Shown here: piece by piece, positions 61,560 through 64,000 of the stretch
Position numbering within the stretch: position 1 is the first letter of the stretch
How the letters are laid out: every line of letters starts with the position of its first letter
Assembly (NCBI GenBank): GCA_031393505.1
Contig: JANMVX010000175.1
Span: forward strand, 3,536 to 67,535
From: Hyphomicrobiaceae bacterium
Lineage (GTDB): Bacteria > Pseudomonadota > Alphaproteobacteria > Rhizobiales > Hyphomicrobiaceae
Reading direction: 5' to 3'
DNA: 64,000 nt
Made by a program: the position numbers and the translations under genes
The notes under the pieces: generated by a model
Databases searched by the model: none
What the model saw: the letters and a program-made list of their open reading frames with translations, nothing else
Told to the model about the DNA's origin: nothing

Positions 61560-62696
61560 TCACCCCGGCGAGGTCTTGCCCTGCAGCTGCTTCTGCAATT
61601 CGCCGCAGGGGTCGGGGCGTTCCGTGCGCGCCGTATACCAGACGAAGTCCGCCGCCGGTTTGCCGCTGGCGTCGTGCGGCACGCCGTCGTCCGGATTGTC
61701 GTCGCCGGTGATGACCTCGCTGAACACGATGGTCACGACCTTCAGGCCGGAGGCGCGTGTGCGCAGATACAGCGGCACGCCGCGGTCCGAGCGCACATGG
61801 CCGGCGCCTGCGATCAGCACCACGCCGTTGCCGCTGGATTTGTCGACCGCCTTCAGGATGTTGTCGGCCAGCGCGGCGTCGCGAAAGCGCTGCACCTGCA
61901 CCATGCCCGCGACATCGGCGTCGGGCAGCTGATTGCAGTGGGACGCTTTCAACTCATCGGTGAGCGACGCAGCCAGGGCGGCGGGCAGTTGCGAGCCGAC
62001 GCCGAGCCGCACGCGCTCGCTGTAGGCCAGCGCGCCCATGCCCTGCTGGCTGACCTGACGGACCTGATCCTTGGGCGCATCGCCGGGCAGGATGGTGAGG
62101 TTGTTGCCCAAAGCGGCGTCGACAATCGGCCGGTAGATGCTGAAGGACGGCCAGCCGCTGTTGTCCCAGTCGAGCTTCGTGCCGATCGCATCGGTCGTGA
62201 CATTGCTGGCGAGTTGCACATTGGCGAGGTCGTCGGCTTTGTCGGTACCGATCATTTCCATCACGACGGCGGGATGCTTGCCCTTGGCCGCGAGCTGACG
62301 CAGCAGCCAGGCTTGCAGTTTGTGATGGTCGGGATTGTCGTGGGTTTCGCCCACCAGCACCACGTCGGCCTCGGCGGCGGCGCGCATGGCTTCGGCCGGT
62401 TGCACCCATTCCTGCGCGGCCGGCGACCAGACGCGGCCGACCAGCGGATGCTCCTTGCCGAGTTTTGACACCCAGGCGCTGAGCGGGGCGAGGGCGGTGG
62501 TGATGAGCGTGCCCGGCTTGACGATGGAACCACCGTCCTCGCCCGTGATCGACCCGGTACGGTTCAAGGGCAGCTGGATTTGCGGCAACGAGCCGGGCGG
62601 CAGCTGCGTCTCGGCATATTGGAAGGAGTTGAGCAGCCCCAGGAACAACGCTGTCAGGACGATGGCGACCATGTTGGCTACGCTGTCGTCGATCAT
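61560..62696 (-). CDS. ChaN family (haem-binding/Tiki-like, DUF399) protein
   Basis: 378-aa ORF with an N-terminal membrane anchor and VLVGETHDNPDHHKLQAWLL and IAGAGHVRSDRGVP motifs. Confidence 0.7.
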   Translation of the reverse strand: MIDDSVANMVAIVLTALFLGLLNSFQYAETQLPPGSLPQIQLPLNRTGSITGEDGGSIVKPGTLITTALAPLSAWVSKLGKEHPLVGRVWSPAAQEWVQPAEAMRAAAEADVVLVGETHDNPDHHKLQAWLLRQLAAKGKHPAVVMEMIGTDKADDLANVQLASNVTTDAIGTKLDWDNSGWPSFSIYRPIVDAALGNNLTILPGDAPKDQVRQVSQQGMGALAYSERVRLGVGSQLPAALAASLTDELKASHCNQLPDADVAGMVQVQRFRDAALADNILKAVDKSSGNGVVLIAGAGHVRSDRGVPLYLRTRASGLKVVTIVFSEVITGDDNPDDGVPHDASGKPAADFVWYTARTERPDPCGELQKQLQGKTSPG

Positions 62697-62752
62697 GATG
62701 GGTACTCCTTACACCAGTCCTGTTAAGCCAGTCCGGCACGAAATTTGGCCCG

Positions 62753-63967
62753 CTACGCCGCCTTACGCTCATCGAGCGTGGGAAGCCCGCGTTTGGCGCG
62801 CATATGGTTTACGAAGCGGCGGAACAGATAGTGGCTGTCCTCGGGGCCGGGCGAAGCCTCGGGGTGGTACTGCACCGAAAACACCGGCTTGTCCGCCAGC
62901 TTCAGCCCGCAGTTGGAGCCGTCAAAGAGCGAGACATGGGTTTCCTGCACGGTTTTGGGAAGAGACGCGCTGTTCACGGCAAAACCATGATTCATCGAGG
63001 TTATTTCGACTTTTTTCGTCGTGTGGTCTTTGACGGGATGATTGGCGCCGTGATGGCCCAACTTCATTTTCGCCGTCGTGCCGCCGAGCGCCAGGCCCAG
63101 CATTTGATGGCCAAGGCAGATGCCGAACACCGGCAGGCCCGAAGCCACCAGCGCTTTGATGATCGGAACCGCGTATTTTCCCGTGGCGGCCGGATCGCCA
63201 GGGCCGTTCGAGAGGAAGATGCCGTCCGGTTTGCGCGCCAGAATGTCAGCGGCAGATTCGGTGGCGGGGACGACCGTCACGCGGCAGCCGGCGCTGGCCA
63301 AGCATCTGAGAATGTTCAGCTTTACCCCGTAGTCAATGGCGACGACATGAAAATCGGGGGCGGATTGGCAGGCGTAGCTCTTCTGGTCCCAGGCCCAGGC
63401 CTTTTCGTCCCAGGCGTAGCTCTGCCCGCAGGTGACCTCCTTGGCGAGGTCGAGGCCTTCCAGGCCGGGCCATTTGGCGGCTTCCGCCTTCAGCTTTGCG
63501 AGGTCAAATTTGCCGGCCGGATCATGAGCGATGACCGCGTTCGGCATGCCTTTTTCGCGGATCAGGGCAGCGAGAGCCCGCGTATCGACGCCCGACATGC
63601 CGATGATGCCGCGCTTGGCCAGCCAGACGGAAAAATCGCCTTTGGAGCGGTAGTTCGCGGGCGCGGTGACGGCAGCGCGGAGAACGCAGCCGCGCACGGC
63701 CGAGGCCTGGGCAAGGCTGGACGCCTCGCTGTCCTCCAGGTTGGCGCCGACGTTGCCGATGTGCGGGAAGGTGAAGGTGACGATCTGGCCGCTATAGGAG
63801 GGATCGGTGAGGATCTCCTGGTAGCCGGTCATGGCGGTGTTGAAGCACACTTCGGCGACAGCCGAGCCGGTGGCGCCGAGGCCGACGCCCTCGATGACGG
63901 CACCGTCCGCCAGAACCAATAGAGCGGTGGCGCGTTGCTGCGGCCAAGGGTCGGCGGATTTGGTCAT
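62753..63967 (-). CDS. carA: carbamoyl-phosphate synthase small (glutaminase) subunit
   Basis: 404-aa ORF (FNTAMTGYQEILTDPSYSGQIVTFTFPHIGNVG, GICLGHQMLG, QYHPEASPGP). Confidence 0.95.
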   Translation of the reverse strand: MTKSADPWPQQRATALLVLADGAVIEGVGLGATGSAVAEVCFNTAMTGYQEILTDPSYSGQIVTFTFPHIGNVGANLEDSEASSLAQASAVRGCVLRAAVTAPANYRSKGDFSVWLAKRGIIGMSGVDTRALAALIREKGMPNAVIAHDPAGKFDLAKLKAEAAKWPGLEGLDLAKEVTCGQSYAWDEKAWAWDQKSYACQSAPDFHVVAIDYGVKLNILRCLASAGCRVTVVPATESAADILARKPDGIFLSNGPGDPAATGKYAVPIIKALVASGLPVFGICLGHQMLGLALGGTTAKMKLGHHGANHPVKDHTTKKVEITSMNHGFAVNSASLPKTVQETHVSLFDGSNCGLKLADKPVFSVQYHPEASPGPEDSHYLFRRFVNHMRAKRGLPTLDERKAA

Positions 63968-64000
63968 GGGAGAGCCTGTTTCGTCAATTTCAGCGGGACG

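Noticed and set aside
1-64000. Search for tRNA, rRNA, CRISPR arrays, integrases and phage structural genes
   Set aside because: I found no cloverleaf-like conserved tRNA boxes (for example GGTTCGAATCC), rRNA segments, spacer-repeat arrays or integrase/recombinase-like translations by eye. A tRNAscan, Infernal or PHASTER run would be needed for certainty.

Overview
High-GC (about 65%) chromosomal segment that looks alphaproteobacterial, probably Hyphomicrobiales/Rhizobiales-like. That guess rests on gene content, synteny and repeat types; no database search was possible. All calls come from reading the supplied translations and the DNA by eye. The window has three parts. (1) 1-18.3 kb is housekeeping and accessory metabolism: hisD (partial), a Uma2 endonuclease, a TauE exporter, a fused hydantoinase/5-oxoprolinase, a RelE/XRE toxin-antitoxin pair whose toxin is frameshifted, GNAT, class II aldolase, SDR, a RayT transposase with flanking REP hairpins, a RimK fusion, IalB, an MFS+SorC pair and two M16 peptidases. 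(2) 18.3-37.7 kb is a large oxygen-dependent-type cobalamin cluster: cobB, cbiD, [aqpZ], cobM-cobE-cobL, cobK, cobJ-cobI-cobH-cobG-cobN-cobW-DUF1636-cbtA-cbtB behind a cobalamin riboswitch, then cobP-cobO-cobQ. Its intergenic spaces, and one coding linker, are colonised by several families of palindromic repeats. (3) 37.7-64 kb is a conserved backbone (ahcY, a DivL-type Tyr-for-His kinase, a tsaE-amgK fusion, csbD, sulfatase, MCE, chaN, carA) interrupted by accessory insertions. The candidates I rank highest for novelty are: (a) a lower-GC two-gene insertion between ahcY and divL that encodes a TIR-TM-TPR protein plus a secreted 8-Cys protein (43.4-46.8 kb); (b) two diverged DUF559 (Vsr-like) endonuclease genes, each bracketed in the same way by about 130-170 bp nested palindromes (49.5-50.3 kb and 59.0-59.7 kb, opposite orientation), which look like cassettes; (c) a heptamer-based hairpin element, (GGGACTN)4 ... 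(NAGTCCC)4, present once between cobO and cobQ and once in frame inside cobQ. I saw no rRNA, tRNA, CRISPR array, integrase or prophage genes. Many long ORFs in the six-frame track are antisense or shadow frames typical of high-GC DNA and were not called.
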